Shown here: one piece after another, positions 27,201 through 35,644 of the stretch
Layout of the letters: each line of letters begins with the position of its first letter
Numbering within the stretch: the stretch's first letter is position 1
From: Phoronis australis
Lineage: Eukaryota > Animalia > Phoronida
Direction of reading: 5' to 3'
NCBI GenBank assembly: GCA_002633005.1
Contig: NMRA01000345.1
Coordinates: 1 to 64,000 of the forward strand
Length of the DNA stretch: 64,000 bases
The notes under the pieces: model-generated
What the model saw: the letters and a program-made list of their open reading frames with translations, nothing else
Database searches by the model: none
What the model was told of the DNA's origin: nothing
Program-made: the position numbers and the translations under genes

Positions 27201-30200
27201 CAAGCACAGGACGCCATCTCTAGGCTAGATTGTGAACTCCTGGACATCAGTGCTGTATGTATCACTATCTGGTTTTTCTGAGCAATGCATTTCCCAGTGC
27301 CAATTAAATATTGAGGGAAAATAGAGTGTAATTACTAAAATTGTGTGAAGTTGTCAATTTTTGGTTGAAAAAAAACACGTAGCAACAGTCAATGAGGAGT
27401 TTTGGTTGATTTAGTACATATTGCGTCTGACATTTCAAGCTCGGATCCCGATTCAGAGTTATTTTGAATTTAAGCCAATTAAGCATCGGCGTTGGACAGT
27501 CTAAAGATCATTACATTAATCACAATTTGACAGGTAAGCAATCAACAAACATTTCCTCAAGAAATGGTAAAAAAGTTAAATTTTCTCGTTCCGGGTTTTA
27601 TAAAGTTGTTGTCCTGTAGTTATCTCTTGTGAAATAATAGAATTATCTAGGTCAAGAACGAGCAAGTACCCAACTCGGCGAAAGACACTGTTATTTGTAA
27701 AATTGTGAGTTTCTTCCCATTGTGTGACAGAATTCTGGCAAAAGCATCTAATAATGGCCTGATTCCGTGTCATGTCTGCGTGGTCTATGAGAAACTACAT
27801 TATTGCATGTTAGTTCTGTAACGTCAACACCAGTTGGGCAAAAGTCACCATCTTGTTGCTTACCGTATAACCCCAAAATAATGGCATGCGCCTATATGTG
27901 GAACAATGCGTTTTATTTTACATTTGTTTTTTTACTCGAATGTGTCACATCTAGGCTCATACAGTGCTCGGACACACCTTGATTTTTTAAAACACACTAC
28001 TGAACCATTTTGTTCCGCACCTGTGACACTCTGGGTGAAATGAAAAGGTTAGAGTACTGGTTAAATATTAAAATGTGCAGTTTTAAAACTGAGCTTCGTT
28101 TTTAAGAAAGCCTTTAACCTTGATGGTTGATAAAATAAATACTTGGTTCGTGCTCTATTGTCAAGCATATAGGTGCGCATGCACCTAAGTTCTGCAGTTA
28201 GATGCAGCTTCTGGGTGAGGTGCATGCCTTCAATTGAGAGATTACATGGTATAAAAGTTTTCTTGCTCCTTACTCATGTTCAAAGTATTACCAGGCACTT
28301 GTATTTTTCACTGCAAAGAATGTGAATTTAGAAATGGCATCAAGGAGATACTGAATTGTACAATGCACTGACCAACATGTTCTCTCTTGTTTCTAGCTGT
28401 ACGGAGAGTTTGCGGATGTGTTTGACCTTGCCGAGTGTAAACTGGCCATTATTCACTGTGCTGGCCATTACGATCCTACATTGGTGGAGTCTCTGTGGAC
28501 GTCAGTTATCGATAATGGTGTGTTAAGTGGTTGGACGCTTAATACAAAAAGTTGATTCTAGTTTACTGGCCTTGTTAAAATCACTGCGTTCTTGTGTAAT
28601 TTGTTTTAATTTAAGTATTTCCGTTTAGCTGATGCTTGTATGAACCTGCCTTCTGTCCAGAAATTAACTTTTGATTTGGACTCCCGACAGTTATAAATCT
28701 AGTTTTGACGTGTTCGTTTCTCGGATCAGAATAGATTGAAGTGAAGTCTGGACTTAATAAGAACTGACAGCTCATTATTGCTTGAGATGGACCAGTACAT
28801 AGAATGAGCCGTTGGATAAAGAACTTTTTATTAGCAGCATCAGATTTCAGTTGTAGTAGAAGCAGCTACAGCAACACTTCACATTTCGCTATGCAGCGAA
28901 ATAAGGTGAAGAAAAATAACCCGCAAAACATGAAGATGTTTGTGTTTGTGCTCTTGTCAAGACTGCCCACTTTTCTTGTTGTGACAGTGATCCCTGGTGG
29001 ATGTTTTTGGAGAGTCTTTTGACTTTTGGCTTAGAATCAGTCTACAGATGACGTAGCCGTATTCGGCTAAGGCTAAATGCCAGAAAATCCATCTACAGCT
29101 CAAAGCCAAAAGGCACAAGTCCGTTGCCTTCTCGGAGCCCATGAAAAGCCTTAAAACACAAAACTGACTTTTGGCTCTTGAGGCTTTGAGAAACAGGTCC
29201 TGAGACTATCTTTGTATTTTTTTCCTTTGTAGAATTCAAGATAACTGCCTCCAGCTCTCCAGCCAGTCGCATGTCAATCATCAGCAGTAAGGTAATCACT
29301 CTGGGCAAGCAGTACAGGGCAACAGACAGATATTTTCCATTAGGTATGTAACTAGGTCAAGGGGTTGGGCCAGGGGTTGGACTGAATTTCATTATTTGCT
29401 AATTTGTTTCTCATTGGCTAATTATATCAAGGGGTGGGGCTAGTTTTTAAATTGTCTCAGTCTCTTACAAAACTGATATTACATTTCCTTGCAAAACCAT
29501 TCTATTGCTTGTTCACACAGTCAGACGTGTGAAAAGTTTTGTAGTTACAGTGGCTGATCTTTAATTTTTCTCTTTTTGTCTTTTCAGCCTTTTTACTCAA
29601 AATACTGGAACAAAAAAGTTGTGAGTTTGCTTTTGACTACAAGTGGGTGTTCCGGATCATGTTGGAAGTGGGCGTGTCAGTGTCAAAGCTGCAAGAGATA
29701 TATGATCGACTGTTCAAATCTAAGGTAAGCTGGGAGAAATGTGTGATTAGGATCAACTGTTCAATTTGGAGGAAAGCTAATTTGATTTCTTACCGGTTGT
29801 TGAAATCAAAGGTAAGCCATTTGAGAATTGTTCGAGTCAACGGTAACCTGGTTGAGACCTATGATCTATAGCTCCAATCAAAGGTAAGCTGATGGAGATG
29901 AACATGGTCCACTGTTCATGTCAAAAGTTTGCTGATCAAGAGATGTCATCGAATGTTCAAGTCAAAGATGAGCTCTGACTGAGAACAATGTGGTCGTGAA
30001 AAAGTGAAATTTTGAAAAAAAACGTCATTGAATAAAAAAACACCAAATTATTGTGTTTTCATTTCAAACCCGGTGGTTCCAGCAGTATTTGGTTGCTCAG
30101 GTGCATCCATTTGTATCTCCACGTCCTGCATAAATTGTCAGACCAAAAAAGTGGCGTGGTTCTTGGCGAGGAAAAGTTGTATGATGCATCGAAAGACGGG

Positions 30201-33200
30201 GAAAACCCCTGGACTATGTGTATTCTAAACCATGTGCTTGACTTTCAGGACCCCTGTTGGCAGCAAGTGAGGAAGCCTCTTCATCTTCTACATGTCATTC
30301 ACAGTCTCCTGGCTTACTATACGGCAACGCCCTCTAGTGTGCCTGGCTATGAAAGGTAAGATGCATGGTTATTGTATCAAAATCTCGTTTTTGTTTCCAA
30401 GCAACAATCACGCTACTCTTGTGTTTTGCTTTGTTACCAGAAACCTCCATTGAAACTCACAGTGCAAGACGAACATAATCGGACAAAATACCATTTGCCT
30501 GTTATGACTGCTTATTCTGTTAACAGCAAAAATGACTCGGGTAGTAACCATCAAGGCGGCAAAGTTGTAATTACAGAATGGCTCAGCCATCTTACTAACT
30601 TTCCTGTTAATTACTATTCATTCTTGGTCATGGGCAATAGATCTCCTCCCAGCTGTCATCAGGGCTTGGAATTTTCCGCGGAAACGTGGATTTCCGCTTT
30701 TTTCAAATGTTCTGTCCGCGCATTTTATTATANGAGGCTTTGAGAAACAGGTCCTGAGACTATCTTTGTATTTTTTTCCTTTGTAGAATTCAAGATAACT
30801 GCCTCCAGCTCTCCAGCCAGTCGCATGTCAATCATCAGCAGTAAGGTAATCACTCTGGGCAAGCAGTACAGGGCAACAGACAGATATTTTCCATTAGGTA
30901 TGTAACTAGGTCAAGGGGTTGGGCCAGGGGTTGGACTGAATTTCATTATTTGCTAATTTGTTTCTCATTGGCTAATTATATCAAGGGGTGGGGCTAGTTT
31001 TTAAATTGTCTCAGTCTCTTACAAAACTGATATTACATTTCCTTGCAAAACCATTCTATTGCTTGTTCACACAGTCAGACGTGTGAAAAGTTTTGTAGTT
31101 ACAGTGGCTGATCTTTAATTTTTCTCTTTTTGTCTTTTCAGCCTTTTTACTCAAAATACTGGAACAAAAAAGTTGTGAGTTTGCTTTTGACTACAAGTGG
31201 GTGTTCCGGATCATGTTGGAAGTGGGCGTGTCAGTGTCAAAGCTGCAAGAGATATATGATCGACTGTTCAAATCTAAGGTAAGCTGGGAGAGATGTATGA
31301 TCGACTGTTCAAATCTAAGGTAAGCTGGGAGAGATATATGATCGACTGTTCAAATCTAAGGTAAGCGAGGAAAGACGTGTGAAAGATAATTCAAGTCGAA
31401 TGTTTTTGTCTATTGAGATGTATAGGATCAACTGTTCAATTTGGAGGAAAGATAAAGATTTCTTACCGGTTGTTGAAATCAAAGGTAAGCCATTTGAGAA
31501 TTGTTCGAGTCAACGGTAACCTGGTTGAGACCTATGATCTATAGCTCCAATGAAAGGTAAGCTCGACTGTTCATGTCAAAGGTTTGCTTATCAAGAGATA
31601 TCATCGAATGTTCAAGTCAAAGATGAGCTCTGACTGAGAACAATGTGGTTGTGAAAAAGAAGTGAAATTTTGAAAAAAAACGTCATTGAATGAAAAAACT
31701 CCAAGTTATTGTGTTTTCATTTCAAACCTCATGGTTCCAGCAGTATTTGGTTGCTCAGGTGCATCCATTTGTATCTCCATGTCCTGCATAAATTGTCAGA
31801 CCAAAAAAAGTGACTGACATGGTTCTTGGCGAGGAAAAGTTGTATGATGCATCGGAAGACGGGGAAAACCCCAGGACTATGTGTATTCTAAACCATGTGC
31901 TTGACTTTCAGGACCCCTGTTGGCAGCAAGTGAGGAAGCCTCTTCATCTTCTACATGTCATTCACAGTCTCCTGGCTTACTATACGGCAACGCCCTCTTG
32001 TGTGCCTGGCTATGAAAGGTAAGGTGCTTGGCTATTGCACCAAAATCTCGTTTTTGTTTCCAGGCAACAATCACGCTACTCTTGTGTTTTGCTTTGTTAC
32101 CAGAAACCTCGATTGAAACTCACAGTGCAAGACGAACATAATCGGACAAAATACCATTTGCCTGTTATGACTGCTAATTCTGTTAACAGCAAAAATGACT
32201 CGGGTAGTAACCATCAAGACGGCAAAGTTGTAATTACAGAATGGCTCAGCCATCTTACTAACTTTCCTGTTAATTACTATTCATTCTTGGTCATGGGCAA
32301 TAGATCTCCTCCCAGCTGTCGTGGCAGGGAATTCCTGGTCATTTTGTCTCAATACTTGTGGCATGTACTACTAACTTATGTGCTTATCACTCTGGTATGT
32401 TTGAAACAACCAGGTGTAATGCACAATGAATTCTAAAATTTCATATGCCTAGTATGCTTTTGTATTACAAAATTTCCAATTTGAGTGGAAATTATTTTTC
32501 TTAAATACAATTGTAAAGAGAAACTGCAGGCAGGGTGCTTCAGGCGGACACATTACACCTGTTTACACAAAATCATGATCAGCTCCCAATTGAGTTTAAC
32601 AACTGCTGTGAAGTTACCAGCTGTGATTCAGGTTTCATAAGGTTTAGCTTATGTTTGTATTTAAGAACAGTGCGTCAATCATAATAATAAGTTTTGTGAG
32701 AATCTGGTCAGCCATTCGTGAGATATGTTCTGAAGTTAGCCAAATTTTGACATTTTTTTAGGGTCGTACATAACCTTAACAAATGGCCGGTTGAGGTGTC
32801 TTGAAAAATTCTTTTTGTAACAACATCTAGGTTTTGTAATAGTAAAGACAAATTAATGGTTGATGAAATTCCTGGGCAATGACTTTTCCAAGACGCTGGC
32901 TGGTGACAATTTCGTCACCAAAGGAGGGTGTAGTACTGTTATTGCCAGTTAAAGTTCATGTCCATGTTTTAAAGCCGAGATACTTCTTGTCATGAAAAAT
33001 AAGTATTCAACGTTGTTTGTTGATACGCATTATGTGTTCTGGTAATGACATAGGGTTGTTCAGTAATCACCTACAAAGTGTTCTGTAGTAGATTTGACTA
33101 TTTTATGAAGACTCGTAGACAGGTTGTATTATTTTTTATGTTGCAAGATTTTCATTTTTGTTCTACGTTTTTTGTGTCTTGTCATTCTTAGTGATCGTTC

Positions 33201-33512
33201 TTGGACTGTAACCAAAACATTGATGATACATCATGTTTTGTTGTTCTTTATTTATTTTTTTGTGGAATTCTGCCAATGTAACTATGAAAATTCAGATTTA
33301 ATCGCCAATTCCGAACAGCTCTGACCATTCAGGAAAGATGGTGAAGTGCTAACCTGGTCCCTGCTTATTTTAGGAGAGCTTTCACAAACACCTGCCTTGA
33401 TTCCGTGGCTGGCTACTTGGTGGAGCTGCAGGCTAGGAGTACAGACGGTGAAGTGGGCTCTCTGGTTAACCAGTTTAAGAACATTCAAGCGCAATTGGAG
33501 CGATTGTCCTGA
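3202..33512 (+). CDS. NUP155: Nucleoporin NUP155 (Nup170/Nup157 family), multi-exon gene, 5' part outside window
   Basis: 27 GT-AG exons splice in consistent phase (except across the N at 12520). Recognisable peptides: [90 protein letters not shown]; ends ...[11 protein letters not shown]. Confidence 0.97.
3839..3928 (+). CDS. NUP155: NUP155 exon ([26 protein letters not shown])
   Basis: ttgcag/gtaagt, in phase. Confidence 0.93.
4952..5106 (+). CDS. NUP155: NUP155 exon ([15 protein letters not shown]...[18 protein letters not shown])
   Basis: ttgcag/gtacat; an alternative in-frame acceptor would start at 4937. Confidence 0.9.
5594..5699 (+). CDS. NUP155: NUP155 exon ([16 protein letters not shown])
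   Basis: tttcag/gtaagt, in phase. Confidence 0.93.
5884..6123. mobile_element. MITE (ATGCGCGCACCCAG...CTGGGTGCACGCATG)
   Basis: Terminal inverted repeat; second copy at 37524-37773. Confidence 0.65.
6232..6630 (+). mobile_element. Short HINE/Helentron-type non-autonomous repeat
   Basis: Starts tttttatgc, ends ...gcattgcacttgtt, and shares gcacctcctagtggc with the 60597-62320 family. Confidence 0.4.
6683..6848 (+). CDS. NUP155: NUP155 exon ([21 protein letters not shown])
   Basis: ttacag/gtgagt, in phase. Confidence 0.93.
7589..7686 (+). CDS. NUP155: NUP155 exon ([13 protein letters not shown]...HLVAVTHAG)
   Basis: gtgcag/gtgagg, in phase. Confidence 0.92.
8198..9880. mobile_element. Nested TIR elements
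   Basis: Outer IR ataaggccatgtcct/agggcatggccttat; inner IR gttccagcaaatctgtatggg/cccatacattttttgctggaac (~8212-9558); HINE-like core at ~8870-9390. Confidence 0.55.
10060..10500. mobile_element. MITE with internal inverted repeat
   Basis: tatttatcca/tggataaata ends; cagtcctaaataggcacccaactaagtt pairs with aacttagttgagtacctatttaggactg. Confidence 0.55.
10610..10762 (+). CDS. NUP155: NUP155 exon (VRLYFTT...[12 protein letters not shown])
   Basis: tcacag/gtaagc, in phase. Confidence 0.94.
11103..11314. mobile_element. Small TIR element
   Basis: tctttctcaaagag / ctctttgagaaaga inverted ends; a related end lies near 29190. Confidence 0.45.
11551..11651 (+). CDS. NUP155: NUP155 exon ([16 protein letters not shown]...[11 protein letters not shown])
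   Basis: gtccag/gtaagt, in phase. Confidence 0.92.
12185..12519 (+). CDS. NUP155: NUP155 exon, 3' end lost at assembly N (DGHTWAVAE...[11 protein letters not shown]...[11 protein letters not shown])
   Basis: ttacag acceptor; frame is open until the N at 12520, then a minisatellite follows; no donor seen. Confidence 0.88.
12521..12775. repeat. 34-bp minisatellite, ~7.5 near-identical copies
   Basis: ttttgaacaggcaaaagtttctgtcttaagaata repeated; degenerate copies continue to ~12860. Confidence 0.95.
13136..13246 (+). CDS. NUP155: NUP155 exon, S/P-rich linker
   Basis: gtacag/gtaaag; phase matches the next exon; low-complexity, so homology is weak. Confidence 0.7.
14271..14481. repeat. ~36-bp GT-rich minisatellite
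   Basis: tgcagtgtagtgtgtagtgtacagttgtgtaatga repeated ~6 times; ends ~20 bp before an exon acceptor. Confidence 0.9.
14501..14675 (+). CDS. NUP155: NUP155 exon (...[18 protein letters not shown])
   Basis: gaacag/gtaagt, conserved SGKHNG motif. Confidence 0.9.
15398..15470 (+). CDS. NUP155: NUP155 exon ([10 protein letters not shown])
   Basis: ttttag/gtacgt, in phase. Confidence 0.88.
16522..16696. repeat. ~50-bp tandem repeat running into a splice acceptor
   Basis: agtgttgttcatttgttggtcccaattcctcagtgtttgaacaaa, ~3.5 copies. Confidence 0.85.
16697..16809 (+). CDS. NUP155: NUP155 exon ([17 protein letters not shown]...NSQF)
   Basis: ttccag/gtaggt, in phase. Confidence 0.87.
17534..17741 (+). 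CDS. NUP155: NUP155 exon ([10 protein letters not shown]...[11 protein letters not shown])
   Basis: gtgtag/gtgagt, in phase. Confidence 0.92.
18443..18502 (+). CDS. NUP155: NUP155 exon ([15 protein letters not shown])
   Basis: tttcag/gtgagt, 60 nt, phase 0. Confidence 0.9.
19643..19852 (+). CDS. NUP155: NUP155 exon ([10 protein letters not shown]...[10 protein letters not shown]...SKANEML)
   Basis: actcag/gtatgt, conserved peptide. Confidence 0.94.
20418..20504. repeat. 29-bp tandem repeat x3
   Basis: agtaaataagaagacaattttacttggta. Confidence 0.9.
20682..20878 (+). CDS. NUP155: NUP155 exon (YEGVVDLCL...[15 protein letters not shown])
   Basis: ttgcag/gtaggt, in phase. Confidence 0.94.
20942..21291 (+). 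mobile_element. Left end of hAT-like DNA element (CAGGGCTTGGAATTTTCCGC), cut by gap
   Basis: Same end recurs at 30660-30732; CAGGG terminus. Confidence 0.6.
21984..22172. repeat. 33-bp minisatellite next to a 692-N gap
   Basis: aggtcgcacactgcgtacaccagcgcctctata, ~5.5 copies. Confidence 0.95.
22668..22818 (+). CDS. NUP155: NUP155 exon (CYRNITDIL...[13 protein letters not shown])
   Basis: cttcag/gtaagt, in phase. Confidence 0.93.
23855..23959 (+). CDS. NUP155: NUP155 exon ([14 protein letters not shown])
   Basis: tttcag/gtaatt, phase 0. Confidence 0.93.
24152..24399. mobile_element. Tc1/mariner-pogo-like MITE
   Basis: tacagtaaaatctcactaatttcggac vs reverse complement of gtcctaaattggtgagatttcatcata. 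Confidence 0.45.
25160..25314 (+). CDS. NUP155: NUP155 exon (SPYLESYL...DLLWKYYEK...[10 protein letters not shown])
   Basis: tttaag/gtaaat, in phase. Confidence 0.93.
26477..26606 (+). CDS. NUP155: NUP155 exon ([13 protein letters not shown]...[12 protein letters not shown])
   Basis: ttccag/gtgagc, in phase. Confidence 0.95.
27147..27254 (+). CDS. NUP155: NUP155 exon ([10 protein letters not shown]...LDCELLDIS)
   Basis: cctcag/gtatgt, phase 0. Confidence 0.93.
28397..28517 (+). CDS. NUP155: NUP155 exon ([27 protein letters not shown])
   Basis: ttctag/gtgtgt, in phase. Confidence 0.93.
29233..29343 (+). CDS. NUP155: NUP155 exon, copy A (LGKQY...RYFPL)
   Basis: ttgtag/gtatgt. Confidence 0.92.
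29588..29724 (+). CDS. NUP155: NUP155 exon, copy A ([11 protein letters not shown]...YDRLFKSK)
   Basis: tttcag/gtaagc. Confidence 0.92.
30249..30355 (+). CDS. NUP155: NUP155 exon, copy A ([14 protein letters not shown])
   Basis: tttcag/gtaaga. Confidence 0.92.
30660..30732 (+). mobile_element. Polymorphic hAT-like insertion end, absent from duplicate copy B
   Basis: Copy A reads cagctgtcat|cagggcttgg; copy B (~32313) reads cagctgtcgt|ggcaggga with no element. Confidence 0.7.
30787..30897 (+). CDS. NUP155: NUP155 exon, duplicate copy B of 29233-29343
   Basis: Identical exon repeated after the N at 30733. Confidence 0.8.
31142..31278 (+). CDS. NUP155: NUP155 exon, duplicate copy B of 29588-29724
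   Basis: Same exon, followed by extra tandem donor copies. Confidence 0.8.
31912..32018 (+). CDS. NUP155: NUP155 exon, duplicate copy B of 30249-30355 (AGT>TGT, S>C)
   Basis: Same exon with one substitution. Confidence 0.8.
33374..33512 (+). CDS. NUP155: NUP155 terminal exon ([19 protein letters not shown]...QLERLS*)
   Basis: ttttag acceptor, TGA at 33510-33512, matches the NUP155 C-terminus. Confidence 0.94.
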
Positions 33513-33973
33513 AGAAAAGTAACTTTAACTGGTGGCACAGATTAGTCAACTCCAAGCGTTGTCATAGTGATTGTTATGACGGGAAGTATAACTTAAGTAG
33601 TGCCTCAGATTAGCGTTTATCGTAATGATTGTTATGGGAAGTCTTAACTTTAAAAATGTCCATCCTTTTTGCTGTCTGTTTAGAATGCAGATAAACAATC
33701 ACTAATATGTGTACATTTCAAGTCCCTGGCAGCGCTAATTTTGTCAAGCTGAATTCGGAAACTTCTGAGTCAAGGTAGCAGGAACGATTCCACCCGTTCA
33801 AGCAATCACTCAGTTATACTCGTAATCTGTTTGTACACGCTTCGGTGAAGGTAGTTACCCCTTGGACCAAGTTTGCCTAAATTTTGAAAATCAAAATTTT
33901 ACTGCTCCCAACTGAACTAAAATACCGTACCGGGTGCTAACAAACTAAGAAAAAGTCCGGCTATGAAAGAAGT

Positions 33974-34082
33974 GGTAATAGTCTGACATAACATGCCCGC
34001 ATTTTGAGAACCAGTTTTCTCCACTGAATAATGGGCATCAACTGGTTCTCAAAATGCGAGCATGTTATATCAGACTATTACC
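33974..34082. mobile_element. 109-bp hairpin MITE, 43-bp TIRs, 9-bp TSD (Mutator-like)
   Basis: gaaagaagt|GGTAATAGTCTGACATAAC...GTTATATCAGACTATTACC|gaaagaagt; 2 mismatches between arms. Confidence 0.88.
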
Positions 34083-34596
34083 GAAAGAAGTCAGCAGTAT
34101 ATATGTTCCACACAAATCTCTTGTTCCCACACCATTTTATGAAAAGTACTTTTTTCCATAAAATTAATATGGTTTGAGAAGCATTGTCAAATGTTAACTA
34201 AATGACCTACAGTACGACTTAAAAGTATTCAGACAAAATGTGGCGCACCTCCAGAGGATAAAAATTAAAACTATGTAACAGTTGAATTTATATTGAAAAA
34301 AATGACGTGGCACTGAACGAGCTTTATTTGGGAATGAGGCTAACTGAATTGGCTTGCGTTTTGAAACGTCAACACAAACTGGAAGGAGTATCTTTAAATG
34401 GTGGCAACCAAGTATTCTGACTGGATCAGCTTCTTATTGATCGTTATGAAAGGAGGGGTAACTTCAAATAATAAAAAAGAAGCACTCGTGAATCAGTGTT
34501 GGCTGAAGGGTTATAACTTTTATAAGGTGGCAAAATGTAGCCAAGTATTCAATTTTATATACACTGTTGTCAAATGTATTTTCTTGAAAGATTTCA

Positions 34597-34602
34597 AATA
34601 AA
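34597..34602 (+). terminator. Candidate NUP155 polyadenylation signal
   Basis: AATAAA ~1.1 kb after the stop with T/GT-rich sequence downstream; another AATAAA lies near 34470. Confidence 0.4.
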
Positions 34603-35065
34603 AGCAGTGACATTTTTCATTGTAGTTCAATTTCTTGCAAACACCCTGGCTCCACAAATCATTTTTACATAATTAATATCAATAACACACAATTAACACT
34701 AAAAGAGGAAATCTAGGACCAGATTTTACAGGGTACATTTGAATGCATTCCAGTTATAATCTGCCACAAATTAAAATATTAAAAGTTTTTATAGTAAAAT
34801 CACTCAATGAAATTGTTTACTCACTGGCACCGTATGTTACTAATGAAATGTTGCTCTCTCAAAACTACTCCCTCACAATGAGAACCTCAGAATTCACTCG
34901 GTGGCGCTAGTGAAAACAATGGTGCACTGTTTAAACAAGTGTGCGTTAATAGAACCCTTATCCCATGAGTGCCCGCTTTGTGCAAGAAAGATTTTCAGTT
35001 GTCACTTTATTTGGAGCTCTCATCATTGTCCCCAGTTGAACGGAGAGTGTTATATTGTTTCTGGG

Positions 35066-35644
35066 TTACTCAGTGTTTTGCTTTGGCTGGGTAAAGAAAC
35101 ACAAAATTATCATTCGGTTCACGTTCAGAATTAACATCAAACAATTCTTGATCAAAAAGAACACGTTGCTGTAGAGCTTGATCCCGTAAATCGCAATTGC
35201 TGTGATTCGAATGCAGACCACGGGTATGTGCATCAGTACGATAGATTGTAAAATGGTCGCCACCTCCAGGCGCACGTGACGAGGCATGAATGTCCACCCT
35301 CCTGATTTGCTAGTTTTCTCCGGCAACAAAGGCATGTGTCCCTCTTCGTTCGGCGTCTCGACGAGGACCAGCGTGAACTGCAGCAGCCCAAGCGAAAACA
35401 CGGACATCACGCCGTACACGAAGTTCCAGCTCTCCACGGCGCCGTCAAGTTGAAACATTTCCAGCAACTCCAGGATGTCGGCCAGCGTACCGATGTACAA
35501 TAGGAGAACGTTGGAGAGCTGGCTGTAGGTCATGTGACCTGTTGGTAGGAGCCATCGAGCGAAGATGAGTAAGAAGACGGTGGATTGCTCTATAGCCATG
35601 AGCCATTCGCTGGTGGACAAAGTAACTAGGGCCTGTGGCGTCTC
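35066..35644 (-). CDS. TMEM26: TMEM26-like coding exon 3 (terminal)
   Basis: ttacag acceptor on -, phase 0, TAA at 35068-35066. Confidence 0.9.
   Translation of the reverse strand, partial: ETPQALVTLSTSEWLMAIEQSTVFLLIFARWLLPTGHMTYSQLSNVLLLYIGTLADILELLEMFQLDGAVESWNFVYGVMSVFSLGLLQFTLVLVETPNEEGHMPLLPEKTSKSGGWTFMPRHVRLEVATILQSIVLMHIPVVCIRITAIAIYGIKLYSNVFFLIKNCLMLILNVNRMIILCFFTQPKQNTE

Larger units (their letters stand above)
30734..32322 (+). repeat. Direct duplicate of 29180-30659 (probable uncollapsed haplotype)
   Basis: Starts immediately after a single N; near-identical exons with intronic SNPs and indels. Confidence 0.9.
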
